Notes under the pieces: generated by a model
What the model was told of the DNA's origin: nothing
Database searches by the model: none
The model's input: the letters and a program-made list of their open reading frames with translations, nothing else
In this document: positions 1 to 8,414 of the stretch, piece after piece
Layout of the letters: the number at the start of each line of letters is the position of its first letter
Position numbering within the stretch: the stretch's first letter is position 1
Assembly (NCBI GenBank): GCA_035514415.1
Contig: DATKBC010000009.1
Location: 1-42,016, forward strand
Source of the DNA: Pleomorphomonadaceae bacterium
Lineage (GTDB): Bacteria > Chloroflexota > Limnocylindria > QHBO01
Length of the DNA: 42,016 nucleotides
Direction: 5' to 3'
Position numbers and translations under genes: made by a program

Positions 1-163
1 AACAAAGATTGAGAGGCGCATGGCGCGTGACATGCGACATTTGTACACCAGATTGTTGGGACTGGCTATGGGAATGGTGTCCCTCCGCAACGCCTATGTG
101 GTGCAGCCGCGTTAGTACTGTCGGGCCGTGGCCCATGGGAAGCGCAGCGGGTAGCGTCAGGGG

Positions 164-718
164 GTGACCTTCTGGAACTGGCGCCGCGGTGGTGGCTCGG
201 CGACCTCGGGCAGCGCCGCCATGGACAGTGGAACCGATCTGGCGCCCATCGAGCTGTACACCGCCGACACCCGCATGGTGGGCTGGATCGCGTCGAAGGG
301 GCAGCGCGTCACCGACCTCCTGCTGGCCAGCGAGGAGCTGCGCCTATGGCAGCCGCGCGCGGGCGGGGAGGACATGACCGTTCGTCCAGTCCTGGACAAG
401 AACGGGGAGTGGCGGACCGTGGCGACCGCCGACGTCGTCCTCATCATGCCGCCGGAGTGGCGGACCAACCGCCAGCTGCGCCTGCATCGGCGCATCCAGC
501 GTGTCGCGGCCGACGCCGGGCCCTTCACGGTGACCGGTAACCTGCACCTCTCGCCCGGAACGACATTCCCGGACGCGTTCCAGCTGCCTGACTTCGTCCC
601 GCTCACGGAGGCCCACCTCCTCCACCATGGTGACCCGGCATTCGAGCACGTCGTCTCGGTGGTCATCGTCAACACGACCCACGTCAGCCGGCTCGTCCCC
701 CTCGTCAGCCTGGCCTGA
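164..718 (+). CDS. hypothetical protein, no family recognised
   Basis: ORF with balanced, protein-like composition. The overlapping ORFs (157-723 minus, 189-377, 346-540) are Arg/Pro/Ser/Trp-rich shadows. Start is uncertain: GTG at 164 or ATG at 221. Confidence 0.4.
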   Translation: MTFWNWRRGGGSATSGSAAMDSGTDLAPIELYTADTRMVGWIASKGQRVTDLLLASEELRLWQPRAGGEDMTVRPVLDKNGEWRTVATADVVLIMPPEWRTNRQLRLHRRIQRVAADAGPFTVTGNLHLSPGTTFPDAFQLPDFVPLTEAHLLHHGDPAFEHVVSVVIVNTTHVSRLVPLVSLA

Positions 719-779
719 CCCATAGCGCCGACCGCCAGGCGGCCGGCGGGGGGAGATCGCGGGCCATAATCGGCCGGTC

Positions 780-2378
780 ATGGCCGTCCTCCGCTCCGCG
801 GTCGATCCCTCAGCCCCCAGCTTCGCCGCCAACGCGGACGCCATGCGGGCCCTGGTCGCCGAGCTGCGTGATCGGACAGCCCGGGTCACGGTCAACGGAG
901 CCGGCGGCGACGAACGCGCCATCGCCCGCCATCGGGAGCGGGGCAAGCTCCTGGTCCGCGAGCGGGTGGACCGGCTCATCGATCCGGGGAGCGCGTTCCT
1001 GGAGCTGTCCACCCTCGCCGCCACCGGGCTGTACGACGCTGAGGCGCCGGGCGCGGGGATGGTGACGGGCATCGGTCGGGTCGAAGGCGTCGAGTGCGTG
1101 ATCGTGGCCAACGACGCCACGGTCAAGGGCGGCACGTACTATCCGATGACCGTCAAGCAGCACCTGCGCGCGCAGGAGATTGCGCTCGACAACCGTCTGC
1201 CGTGCCTGTACCTGGTCGACTCGGGCGGGGCGTTCCTTCCCCTCCAGGACGAGGTCTTCCCCGACCGCGACCACTTCGGCCGGATCTTCTACCACCAGGC
1301 GCAGCTGTCGGCCCGCGGCGTGCCGCAGATCGCGATCGTGATGGGGCAGTCGACCGCCGGCGGCGCCTACGTGCCGGCGATGAGCGACGAGACGGTGATC
1401 GTGCGCGGCACGGGGGCCATCTTCATCGGCGGCCCGCCACTGGTACAGGCGGCCACCGGGGAGCAGGTCAGCGCCGAGGAGCTGGGCGGGGCGGAGGTCC
1501 ACACCGCCATCAGCGGCGTGGCCGACCACTACGCCCTGTCGGACGAGCACGCGCTGGCCATTGCCCGCTCCATCGTCCGCAACCTGGCCTGGCGCAAGCC
1601 GGACCCGCCCTGGGAGGTGGCCGCCGCGCGGCCACCATCGGTCAATGCCGATGACCTGTATGGCGTCGTCCCGGCCGACCCGCGGCTGGCCTACGACGTG
1701 CGCGAGGTCATCGCCCGACTGGTCGACGAGTCGGAGTTCCACGAGTTCAAGGAACGATACGGAGAGACCCTGGTCTGCGGATTCGCGCGGCTGGAGGGCT
1801 ACCCGGTCGGGATCCTGGCCAACAACGGCGTCCTGTTCAGCGCCTCGGCGCTCAAGGGCGCGCACTTCATCGAGCTTGCATCCCAGCGCCGGATCCCGCT
1901 CGTCTTCCTCCAGAACATCACTGGCTTCATGGTCGGCCGCGAGTACGAGGCGGGCGGGATCGCGAAGGACGGGGCCAAGCTGGTGACCGCGGTGTCGACC
2001 ACGGCAGTGCCGAAGTTCACGGTCATCATCGGCGGCTCGTTCGGAGCCGGCAATTACGGGATGGCGGGCCGGGCCTATGGGCCCCGGCAGCTGTGGATGT
2101 GGCCCAATGCCCGGATCAGCGTCATGGGCGGCGCACAGGCGGCCCGGGTCCTGTCCACCGTGCGCGGCGGGCTTCAGACCGATGCCGAACGCGACGCGTT
2201 CGAGGCGCCGATCCTGGACGAGTACGAGCGCCAGGGCTCACCGTATTACTCGACCGCGCGGCTATGGGACGACGGGGTGATCGATCCCATGGCCACGCGG
2301 CGGGTGCTGGCCATGGGCATCAACGCCGCGTTGAACGCCTCAATCGGGGAGACGCGCTTCGGCGTGTTCCGGATGTAG
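780..2378 (+). CDS. mccB: 3-methylcrotonyl-CoA carboxylase beta subunit (carboxyltransferase)
   Basis: 532 aa. Typical acyl-CoA carboxyltransferase layout and blocks ([61 protein letters not shown], ending FGVFRM). Lies in a cluster with the biotin carboxylase, enoyl-CoA hydratase and HMG-CoA lyase. Confidence 0.9.
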   Translation: MAVLRSAVDPSAPSFAANADAMRALVAELRDRTARVTVNGAGGDERAIARHRERGKLLVRERVDRLIDPGSAFLELSTLAATGLYDAEAPGAGMVTGIGRVEGVECVIVANDATVKGGTYYPMTVKQHLRAQEIALDNRLPCLYLVDSGGAFLPLQDEVFPDRDHFGRIFYHQAQLSARGVPQIAIVMGQSTAGGAYVPAMSDETVIVRGTGAIFIGGPPLVQAATGEQVSAEELGGAEVHTAISGVADHYALSDEHALAIARSIVRNLAWRKPDPPWEVAAARPPSVNADDLYGVVPADPRLAYDVREVIARLVDESEFHEFKERYGETLVCGFARLEGYPVGILANNGVLFSASALKGAHFIELASQRRIPLVFLQNITGFMVGREYEAGGIAKDGAKLVTAVSTTAVPKFTVIIGGSFGAGNYGMAGRAYGPRQLWMWPNARISVMGGAQAARVLSTVRGGLQTDAERDAFEAPILDEYERQGSPYYSTARLWDDGVIDPMATRRVLAMGINAALNASIGETRFGVFRM

Positions 2379-2473
2379 AGCCGGCTCCGAACCGATTTCG
2401 CCAGTCACGCTGAGAACCGGGACGGCTAGACTTCGGTCCGGCTACGCCCTAAGCCACACGGAGGGACAACACG

Positions 2474-2785
2474 ATGATCAGCCTGGGTGTCTTCCTCGTC
2501 ATCCTCGGAGTCGGCTCGCTGGCGCTGCCCAGCCTGGGTTTCCAGTTCAGCGTGATGGAATTGGTGGATCCCTATCAGCCGTGGGCCGGCATCATCGTCG
2601 CCGCGGTTGGATTGATCACGGTCCTCTTCGGTGCGCAGCGGCGTGGACGCGCGGCGGCACCGGTGGCCTCGGCGACGGCTCAGGCAGCTCCGCCGCCGCA
2701 GGCATCGGCGACTGACGCCCCGCCGGCAGCCCCGGCTGGCGAGAGAGACAGACCGACGGAGCCGCGCGAGCGTTCGGAGGACTAA
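2474..2785 (+). CDS. small membrane protein (two hydrophobic helices plus a Pro/Ala-rich tail)
   Basis: GGAGGG at 2460-2465 lies 8 nt upstream of the ATG. The N-terminus MISLGVFLVILGVGSLALPSLGF and the segment AGIIVAAVGLITVLFG are hydrophobic. Confidence 0.55.
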   Translation: MISLGVFLVILGVGSLALPSLGFQFSVMELVDPYQPWAGIIVAAVGLITVLFGAQRRGRAAAPVASATAQAAPPPQASATDAPPAAPAGERDRPTEPRERSED

Positions 2786-2822
2786 CCCCGACCCACCGCC
2801 CACCTACGCTAGGCTGGTGGGG

Positions 2823-3629
2823 ATGACCGAGCATCCGGCAGAGGAGCGGCCACAGCCCGGCTCCCACGCCCGCGGCGTCCCCAGCGGGACGCTGGAAGAG
2901 AGTTCGGCCGCCCTGTACGAAGCGGCCATTGCGGCCCGGGACGCGGAGGGCGGTGACGATCCGGCCCCGCTCAATGCGTTCTACCGCGCGATCGGAGCCG
3001 CCACGCTGCTCCTCCCCGTGCCACCCGGCGCCGAGAACGAGGCCCGCGAGGCGGTGGAGCAGGTGGTCGACGACGAGGAAGAGGTGGAGGTCGGCGTCCT
3101 CCTGGCTCGCGCCCCGGACGGCTCGTCGGTGAGCGTGGCATTCGGCTCCCACGCGGCGATGGCCGCCTGGTCGCCGCTGGGTTCGAGCTCCCTGGCGCTG
3201 CCGGCGCGGATCGCCCTTTCCAACCTGGCTGCAGCCGGGCTGCCGGTGATTCTCGATCCTGCGGGGCCGATTCCCTACCGCTTCGAACCGGAGGAGATCG
3301 CCGATCTGGCCGCCGGCCGCCTGCCCGGCAGCGACGAACCGCTCGCCTCGGCCGACGGCGGACATTCGATCCGGGTGCGCCTACCGGGGACCGAGGCGCG
3401 CGAGGCCGAACGTCGGCTGGCGGCGGACCTGGCCGGCTGGCCGGGCATCCGTGAGGCCTACCTGATCGAGACCGACACCGGGGCCGGGTGGGGCCTGCTA
3501 GTGGGCCTGGTGGGTGGCGGCGGCCCATTGCCTCCGCTCCCGGATGAGGTAGAGGCCCGCTGGCTGGCCGAACCCCTGCTCGGCAGCGTCCGGGCAGTGG
3601 CGGACCCGTTCCATCGCGGCCACGGATGA
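2823..3629 (+). CDS. SseB-like protein (putative, uncharacterised)
   Basis: The ATG at 2823 is in frame with track ORF 2631-3629, whose upstream part is Arg-rich junk that overlaps the previous gene. The segment LNAFYRAIGAATLLLPVPPG...VGVLLARAPDGSSVSVAFGSHAAM resembles the SseB N-terminal domain pattern. The stop overlaps the next gene's start (ATGA at 3626-3629). Confidence 0.45.
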   Translation: MTEHPAEERPQPGSHARGVPSGTLEESSAALYEAAIAARDAEGGDDPAPLNAFYRAIGAATLLLPVPPGAENEAREAVEQVVDDEEEVEVGVLLARAPDGSSVSVAFGSHAAMAAWSPLGSSSLALPARIALSNLAAAGLPVILDPAGPIPYRFEPEEIADLAAGRLPGSDEPLASADGGHSIRVRLPGTEAREAERRLAADLAGWPGIREAYLIETDTGAGWGLLVGLVGGGGPLPPLPDEVEARWLAEPLLGSVRAVADPFHRGHG

Positions 3630-4423
3630 GTGGGCCGCTGCGCGTCGAGCGCTCCGGTTCGATAGCGCGCGTCGTGTTGGCCCGGCCGGAGGTCCGGAAT
3701 GCCTTCAATGCCGACCTCATCGCGGCGCTGACCGATGCCTTCGCGTCATTGGCCGCCGAGCCCCTGGAGAACCTGCGGGCCGTCGTGCTGGCCGGAGACG
3801 GTTCAGTGTTCTGTGCCGGTGCCGACGTCGCGTGGCTGCGCGCCGCGGCCGACATGGACGTCGCCGCCAACGAGGCCGACGCGGGCCGGCTGGCCACCAT
3901 GCTCGAGACGATCGACACCTCCCCGGTCCCAGTCATTACCCGCGTTCAGGGCGCGGCATTGGGCGGCGGCATGGGCCTGTGCGCGGTGTCCGACATCGTG
4001 GTCTCGACCGCGGACGCGACCTTCGGATTCACCGAGACCCGGCTGGGGATCCTGCCGGCAGTCATCGGCCCCTACGCGGTCGCCAAGATCGGCGAGAGCC
4101 AGGCGCGTGCGCTGTTCCTGCCGGGGAGCCGATTCGGCGCCGAGCGAGCGCGGGAGATCGGCCTGGTGCACGAGGTGGTGGCCGATGAAGCCGCCCTCGA
4201 CCGGCGGCTGGGGGAGCTGGTGGACGAGATCCTGGCCGCCGGACCGACCGCGGTTCGCGAGGCGAAGGCACTCCTGCGGCGGCTCCGCGGCCAGCCGACG
4301 GCTCAGGCCCGGGCCCTGACCGTGGCCGCCATCGCGCGGCAGCGCACCAGCCCGGAGGGCCAGGAGGGCTTGTCCGCGTTCCTCGACAAGCGCGACCCGT
4401 CATGGAGGACGCGGCCCGGCTGA
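3626..4423 (+). CDS. enoyl-CoA hydratase/isomerase family, probably methylglutaconyl-CoA hydratase
   Basis: Crotonase-fold blocks (VVLARPEVRNAFN, FCAGADV, RVQGAALGGGMGLCAVSDIVV, EGQEGLSAFLDKR). Positioned between the mcc carboxylase subunits. Confidence 0.8.
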   Translation: MSGPLRVERSGSIARVVLARPEVRNAFNADLIAALTDAFASLAAEPLENLRAVVLAGDGSVFCAGADVAWLRAAADMDVAANEADAGRLATMLETIDTSPVPVITRVQGAALGGGMGLCAVSDIVVSTADATFGFTETRLGILPAVIGPYAVAKIGESQARALFLPGSRFGAERAREIGLVHEVVADEAALDRRLGELVDEILAAGPTAVREAKALLRRLRGQPTAQARALTVAAIARQRTSPEGQEGLSAFLDKRDPSWRTRPG

Positions 4424-4494
4424 TGCGGCCTCGGCTGATGCAGCCCGACTGAGGCGGCCCGACCGACGCGACGGGCGCCTGCGACAATCGCGAC

Positions 4495-6489
4495 GTGCGC
4501 GACGAGCTGACGCCCCGCGAGGTCGCCCAGGAGCTCGGAGTCACGGTCCGCACCGTCCAACGCTGGATCGCCGGCGGGCGGCTTCCCGGGACCCGGGTCG
4601 GCGGCCGAATGCGGATCCCTCGCAGCGCTCTGGAAGCGGTCACCGGCACGACGACTGGCCGCCCGCATCACATCGGCGCCGTCCTGATCGCCAACCGGGG
4701 CGAGATCGCGGAGCGGATCGCGCGGACGGTCCACCGGCTCGGGATGCGCGTGGTCCGCGTTCACGAGCTCGACGAGCCGCCGCCGGAGGGCGGCGACCTT
4801 GCGCTGCCCATCAGCTCCTACCTCGACGCCGACGCGCTGCTCGACGCCGCCCATCGGGCAGGCGCGGATGCGATCCATCCCGGGTACGGCTTCCTGGCCG
4901 AGAACCCCGACTTCGCCGCGGCCGTCGCCGCAACCGGCCTGATCTGGATCGGTCCCCCGCCGGATGCCATCCGAGCCTTGGGCGACAAGGCCGCGGCGCG
5001 CCGGCTCGCCGTCAACCACGGCGTGGCGGTGGTGCCCGGCTACGACGGCGCGGCGCAGGACGATGGCGCCCTGGCCGAGGCGGCGCTGGACGTCGGCTTC
5101 CCGCTCCTCATCAAGCCCGCCGCAGGCGGGGGCGGCAAGGGGATGCGCGCCGCCCGTACGGCGGAGCAGCTGGCCGAGCAGCTGGCGGCCAGCCGGCGCG
5201 AGGCGAAAGCGGCCTTCGGGGACGATCGGCTCATCCTCGAGCGTCTGCTGGAGGGTCCACGGCACGTGGAGGTCCAGGTCCTGTTCGACGCCCATGGCAG
5301 CGGCGTCCACCTGGGAGAGCGCGACTGCAGCGCCCAGCGGCGCCAGCAAAAGATCGTGGAGGAAACGCCCGCGCCATCGGTGAGGCGGGAGCTGCGTGAG
5401 GCCCTGGGGGCAGCGGCCGTGACGGTGGCTGGCGCAGCAGGCTATGTCGGAGCGGGCACGGTCGAGTTCCTGCTGACCGATGACGGCGGCTTTTACTTCC
5501 TGGAGATGAATGCCCGACTCCAGGTCGAGCACCCGGTCACCGAGGCGGTAACGGGGCGCGACCTGGTCGAGGACCAGCTGCGGATCGCGGCCGGCCAGCG
5601 GCTGGGATTCGAACAGTCCGCGGTCCGCCCGCGGGGGCACGCGATCGAGGCCCGCCTGTATGCCGAGGACCCCGAGCACGGATTCCTGCCCGCCAGCGGC
5701 CGGGTAGTCGCGCTGCACTGGCCGGCGGGGGAGGGCATCCGGGTTGACGCGGGGATTCGCGAGGGCGACCTGGTCACGGACCGATACGACCCGCTGCTGG
5801 CCAAGATCATCGTCCATGCCCCCACTCGAGCGGCGGCCGTCCGGCGGCTCCGCGACGCCCTGGCCGAGACGCGCCTGCTGGGTGTCCGAACCAATCTGCG
5901 CTTCCTGCGCTGGCTCGCCGACCAGCCAGCCTTCACGGCCGGGGAGATGCGAACCGACACCCTCACCAAGCTCGCCCTGCCCGGGCCGGTCGCGCCGCCG
6001 GAGACCGCGTGGCAGACCGCGGCCGCGATCCTCGTGACGGCAGACGCCGGCCCATGGGGCGGGGCGTGGCGGATCAACGCCCCGGCCGCTGTGCGCCTTG
6101 TCCACGGCGATGAGACACGCACCGTGGAGCCGGCGGATCCTCAGGCAGGCGGGCCGGCCATGGCCCGGCATGGCGCGGTCGCCTACGTCGAGGTCGAGGG
6201 CCAGTCGCTCGAATTCGGCCTGGCCCGCCCGCCGGCGATCGAGGAGGCTGTCCGCCATGCGCATGGCGAGGGGACGGCCGTGCTCAACTCGCCGATGCCG
6301 GGACGCGTGCTCGCCGTCCGGCAGCGGACCGGAGCCCGCGTAGCGGCGCACGAAACGGTGATCGTGATCGAGGCCATGAAGATGGAACATGCGGTCAGCT
6401 CACCGCTGGCCGGGACGGTGACGGCGGTCCACGTCCACGAAGGGGACCAGGTCCAGCGCGGCGACCTGCTGGCTGAAGTGTCGGCGTAG
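4495..6489 (+). CDS. mccA: methylcrotonyl-CoA (acyl-CoA) carboxylase alpha subunit: biotin carboxylase plus biotinyl (BCCP) domain, with an extra N-terminal excisionase-type HTH
   Basis: GTG start. Residues 1-50 (LTPREVAQELGVTVRTVQRWIAGGRLPGTRVGGRMRIPRSALEAV) match the HTH_17/excisionase pattern. These are followed by VLIANRGEIAERIARTVHRLG, the ATP-grasp GGGGKGMR, EMNARLQVEHPVTE and the C-terminal biotinylation motif EAMKMEH. Confidence 0.9.
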   Translation: MRDELTPREVAQELGVTVRTVQRWIAGGRLPGTRVGGRMRIPRSALEAVTGTTTGRPHHIGAVLIANRGEIAERIARTVHRLGMRVVRVHELDEPPPEGGDLALPISSYLDADALLDAAHRAGADAIHPGYGFLAENPDFAAAVAATGLIWIGPPPDAIRALGDKAAARRLAVNHGVAVVPGYDGAAQDDGALAEAALDVGFPLLIKPAAGGGGKGMRAARTAEQLAEQLAASRREAKAAFGDDRLILERLLEGPRHVEVQVLFDAHGSGVHLGERDCSAQRRQQKIVEETPAPSVRRELREALGAAAVTVAGAAGYVGAGTVEFLLTDDGGFYFLEMNARLQVEHPVTEAVTGRDLVEDQLRIAAGQRLGFEQSAVRPRGHAIEARLYAEDPEHGFLPASGRVVALHWPAGEGIRVDAGIREGDLVTDRYDPLLAKIIVHAPTRAAAVRRLRDALAETRLLGVRTNLRFLRWLADQPAFTAGEMRTDTLTKLALPGPVAPPETAWQTAAAILVTADAGPWGGAWRINAPAAVRLVHGDETRTVEPADPQAGGPAMARHGAVAYVEVEGQSLEFGLARPPAIEEAVRHAHGEGTAVLNSPMPGRVLAVRQRTGARVAAHETVIVIEAMKMEHAVSSPLAGTVTAVHVHEGDQVQRGDLLAEVSA

Positions 6490-6501
6490 GATGCCCCGGC
6501 C

Positions 6502-7404
6502 ATGACCCACGTCGACGTGCGGATCTACGAGGTGGGACCGCGGGACGGGCTCCAGAACGAGGCGCAGCCGATCCCGATCGACACCAAGCTCCGCTTCATC
6601 GACTTGCTTGCCGAGGCCGGTCTGCGCGAGATCGAGGCCACCTCGTTCGTGGCACCCGACGCCATCCCGCAGCTGGCCGACGCCGACGATCTGCTGCCCC
6701 GCCTGCAACGACGGCCAGGAGTCCGCTACCCGGTCCTGGTGCCCAACGCCCGTGGCCTGGAACGCGCCATCGCGGCCGGGGCCGACGCGGTGTGCGTGTT
6801 CACGGCGGCTTCCGAATCGTTCACCCGCCAAAACATCGGGATGTCCATTGCCGAGTCGCTCGACGCGTTCCGGCCCGTGATCGACCACGCGCGCCGAGCG
6901 GGCTGGTGGACGCGCGGCTATCTGTCCACCGCCTTCGGCTGCCCATACGAGGGACCCATCCCCGAGAGCGCGGTGGTGGACGTCGCGCAGCGCCTGCTCG
7001 AGCTGGGTGTGGACGAGCTGAGCATCGGAGACACGATCGGGGTGGCCGGGCCGGCAGACGTGCGACGCGTGACCGGCGCCCTGGCAGGCGCCGGCATCGG
7101 TCCTGACCGGGTGGCGATGCACTTCCAAGACACCCGTGGCACCGCGGTCGCCAACGTGGCGACCGCGATCGGACTGGGCATCCGCTGCTTCGATGCCAGC
7201 ACGGGCGGCACCGGGGGCTGCCCCTACGCACCGGGCGCCGCGGGCAACCTGGCGACCGAGGACCTCGTCTACCTGCTCGAACGCGAAGGCCTGCGTCATG
7301 GCGTGGACCTGGATGGCGTCCTGTCCGCGGCCCGCTTCATCAGCCAGGCGCTCGGCCGGCCGCTGGCCTCCAAGGTGGGCCAGGCCGGGGGTTGGCCGGC
7401 GTAG
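6502..7404 (+). CDS. hydroxymethylglutaryl-CoA lyase
   Basis: 300 aa. Blocks VRIYEVGPRDGLQNE, IEATSFV, HFQDTRGTAVANV, GGCPYAPGAAGNLATEDLVYLL. Confidence 0.9.
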   Translation: MTHVDVRIYEVGPRDGLQNEAQPIPIDTKLRFIDLLAEAGLREIEATSFVAPDAIPQLADADDLLPRLQRRPGVRYPVLVPNARGLERAIAAGADAVCVFTAASESFTRQNIGMSIAESLDAFRPVIDHARRAGWWTRGYLSTAFGCPYEGPIPESAVVDVAQRLLELGVDELSIGDTIGVAGPADVRRVTGALAGAGIGPDRVAMHFQDTRGTAVANVATAIGLGIRCFDASTGGTGGCPYAPGAAGNLATEDLVYLLEREGLRHGVDLDGVLSAARFISQALGRPLASKVGQAGGWPA

Positions 7405-7405
7405 G

Positions 7406-8380
7406 ATGCGGCCGATGCCCGAGGCCTCCGCAGATCGGCGCCAAGTGATCCTGGACGTGGACACCGGGGTCGACGACATGGTGGCGCTGCTCATCGCGGC
7501 CACCGCCCCCGAGCTGGCACTGCGTGGCGTGACCTGCGTGGCCGGCAACGTCGAGCTCCAGCACGTTGCCCGCAACACCGGCACCCTGCTCCAGCTGGTG
7601 GGCCGCGGCGACGTGCCGGTTTCGATCGGGGCGGCGCGTCCCCTGACCCGGCGCTTGCGCACCGCTCCCGAGACCCACGGGCCGACCGGAACCGGATATG
7701 CCGAGCTGCGGGGCGAGCAGCGGGCGCTGGAGACGACTGACTTCACGGCCGTGCCGGCCGCCCGCTACCTCGAGGCGCATCTGAAGCGCCACCCGGGCCA
7801 GATGACGATCGTGGCCACCGGTCCGTTGACCAACATCGCGTCGGCCGCCCAGAACGGGGTCGACCTGGCAGGCGGGGCACGGGAGGTGGTCTGGATGGGA
7901 GGCGCCCTGCGGGTTCGGGGCAACACGACCGAGACCGGCGAGTGGAACGCGTGCGTGGATCCGGAGGCGGCCGAGATCTGCTTGTCCAGCGGGTCGCTGG
8001 ACCGCATCTTCCCGCTGGACGCCACCCAGCAGGCGATCTTCACCCTCGACGACCTCGATCGGCTGCCGGAGAGCGACCTGGCCGGCGTCGTGCGCGACGC
8101 GATCCGCTTCTATGTCGGCTACCACCGGGTGGCCGACGGCATCGACGGGTGCTACCTGCACGACGCGGTCACCCTGGTCGGAGCCCTGCTGCGGCCGGAC
8201 CTGGTGACCGACACGCGCGACCGCCGACTCGTGTGCGACACCTCGGCCGAGCTGTCGACCGCAGGTACGATCCGTCCCGCCGACGACGACCCGCGGCCGA
8301 TGCTGAACGTGGCCATGGGCATCGATGCCCCGGCCATGCGCGAGGAGATCCTGGAACGCCTGGCGCAGGCGGTTGCCTGA
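7406..8380 (+). CDS. nucleoside hydrolase (IUNH family)
   Basis: The ATG at 7406 is in frame with track ORF 7136-8380, whose upstream part overlaps the lyase. Contains the N-terminal aspartate fingerprint VILDVDTGVDDMVALL and the later block LHDAVTL. Confidence 0.85.
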   Translation: MRPMPEASADRRQVILDVDTGVDDMVALLIAATAPELALRGVTCVAGNVELQHVARNTGTLLQLVGRGDVPVSIGAARPLTRRLRTAPETHGPTGTGYAELRGEQRALETTDFTAVPAARYLEAHLKRHPGQMTIVATGPLTNIASAAQNGVDLAGGAREVVWMGGALRVRGNTTETGEWNACVDPEAAEICLSSGSLDRIFPLDATQQAIFTLDDLDRLPESDLAGVVRDAIRFYVGYHRVADGIDGCYLHDAVTLVGALLRPDLVTDTRDRRLVCDTSAELSTAGTIRPADDDPRPMLNVAMGIDAPAMREEILERLAQAVA

Positions 8381-8414
8381 CGCTGAAGCTCAATCACCGA
8401 GGAGGAGGAGACCG

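Noticed and set aside
20-118. Relatively AT-rich left edge (about 50 percent GC in the first 60 nt by count) containing a 32-codon ORF (MARDMRHLYTRLLGLAMGMVSLRNAYVVQPR) and a TGTACA palindrome.
   Set aside because: Too short, with no clear SD spacing and no recognisable motif. It is most likely a promoter or intergenic region cut by the window edge, and cannot be interpreted without upstream sequence.
2379-2473. Imperfect long-range complementarity (agccggctccgaa ... ttcggtccggct) after mccB, as a possible terminator.
   Set aside because: The stem is interrupted, encloses about 40 nt and has no U tract, so it is not convincing by eye.
4418-4445. Direct repeat GGCTGATGCNGCC x2 (period 15) spanning the hydratase stop, upstream of the HTH-mccA gene.
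   Set aside because: It is short, imperfect and partly coding, so it could be chance in GC-rich DNA. I mention it only as a probe candidate for the HTH-binding test.
4495-4650. Excisionase-like HTH as a marker of a prophage or integrative element.
   Set aside because: There is no integrase, att-like repeats, phage genes or compositional shift nearby. The HTH is fused to a metabolic enzyme, so it is reported instead as a domain-fusion finding.
4303-6390. 695-aa ORF antisense to the mccA gene.
   Set aside because: Arg/Gly/Pro/Asp-rich composition with no domain motifs. The opposite strand carries an unmistakable biotin carboxylase. This is a classic high-GC shadow ORF.
6400-7746. 448-aa minus-strand ORF overlapping the HMG-CoA lyase and nucleoside hydrolase genes.
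   Set aside because: Shadow ORF. The plus-strand genes have strong family motifs and the minus-strand product is Arg/Gly-rich junk.
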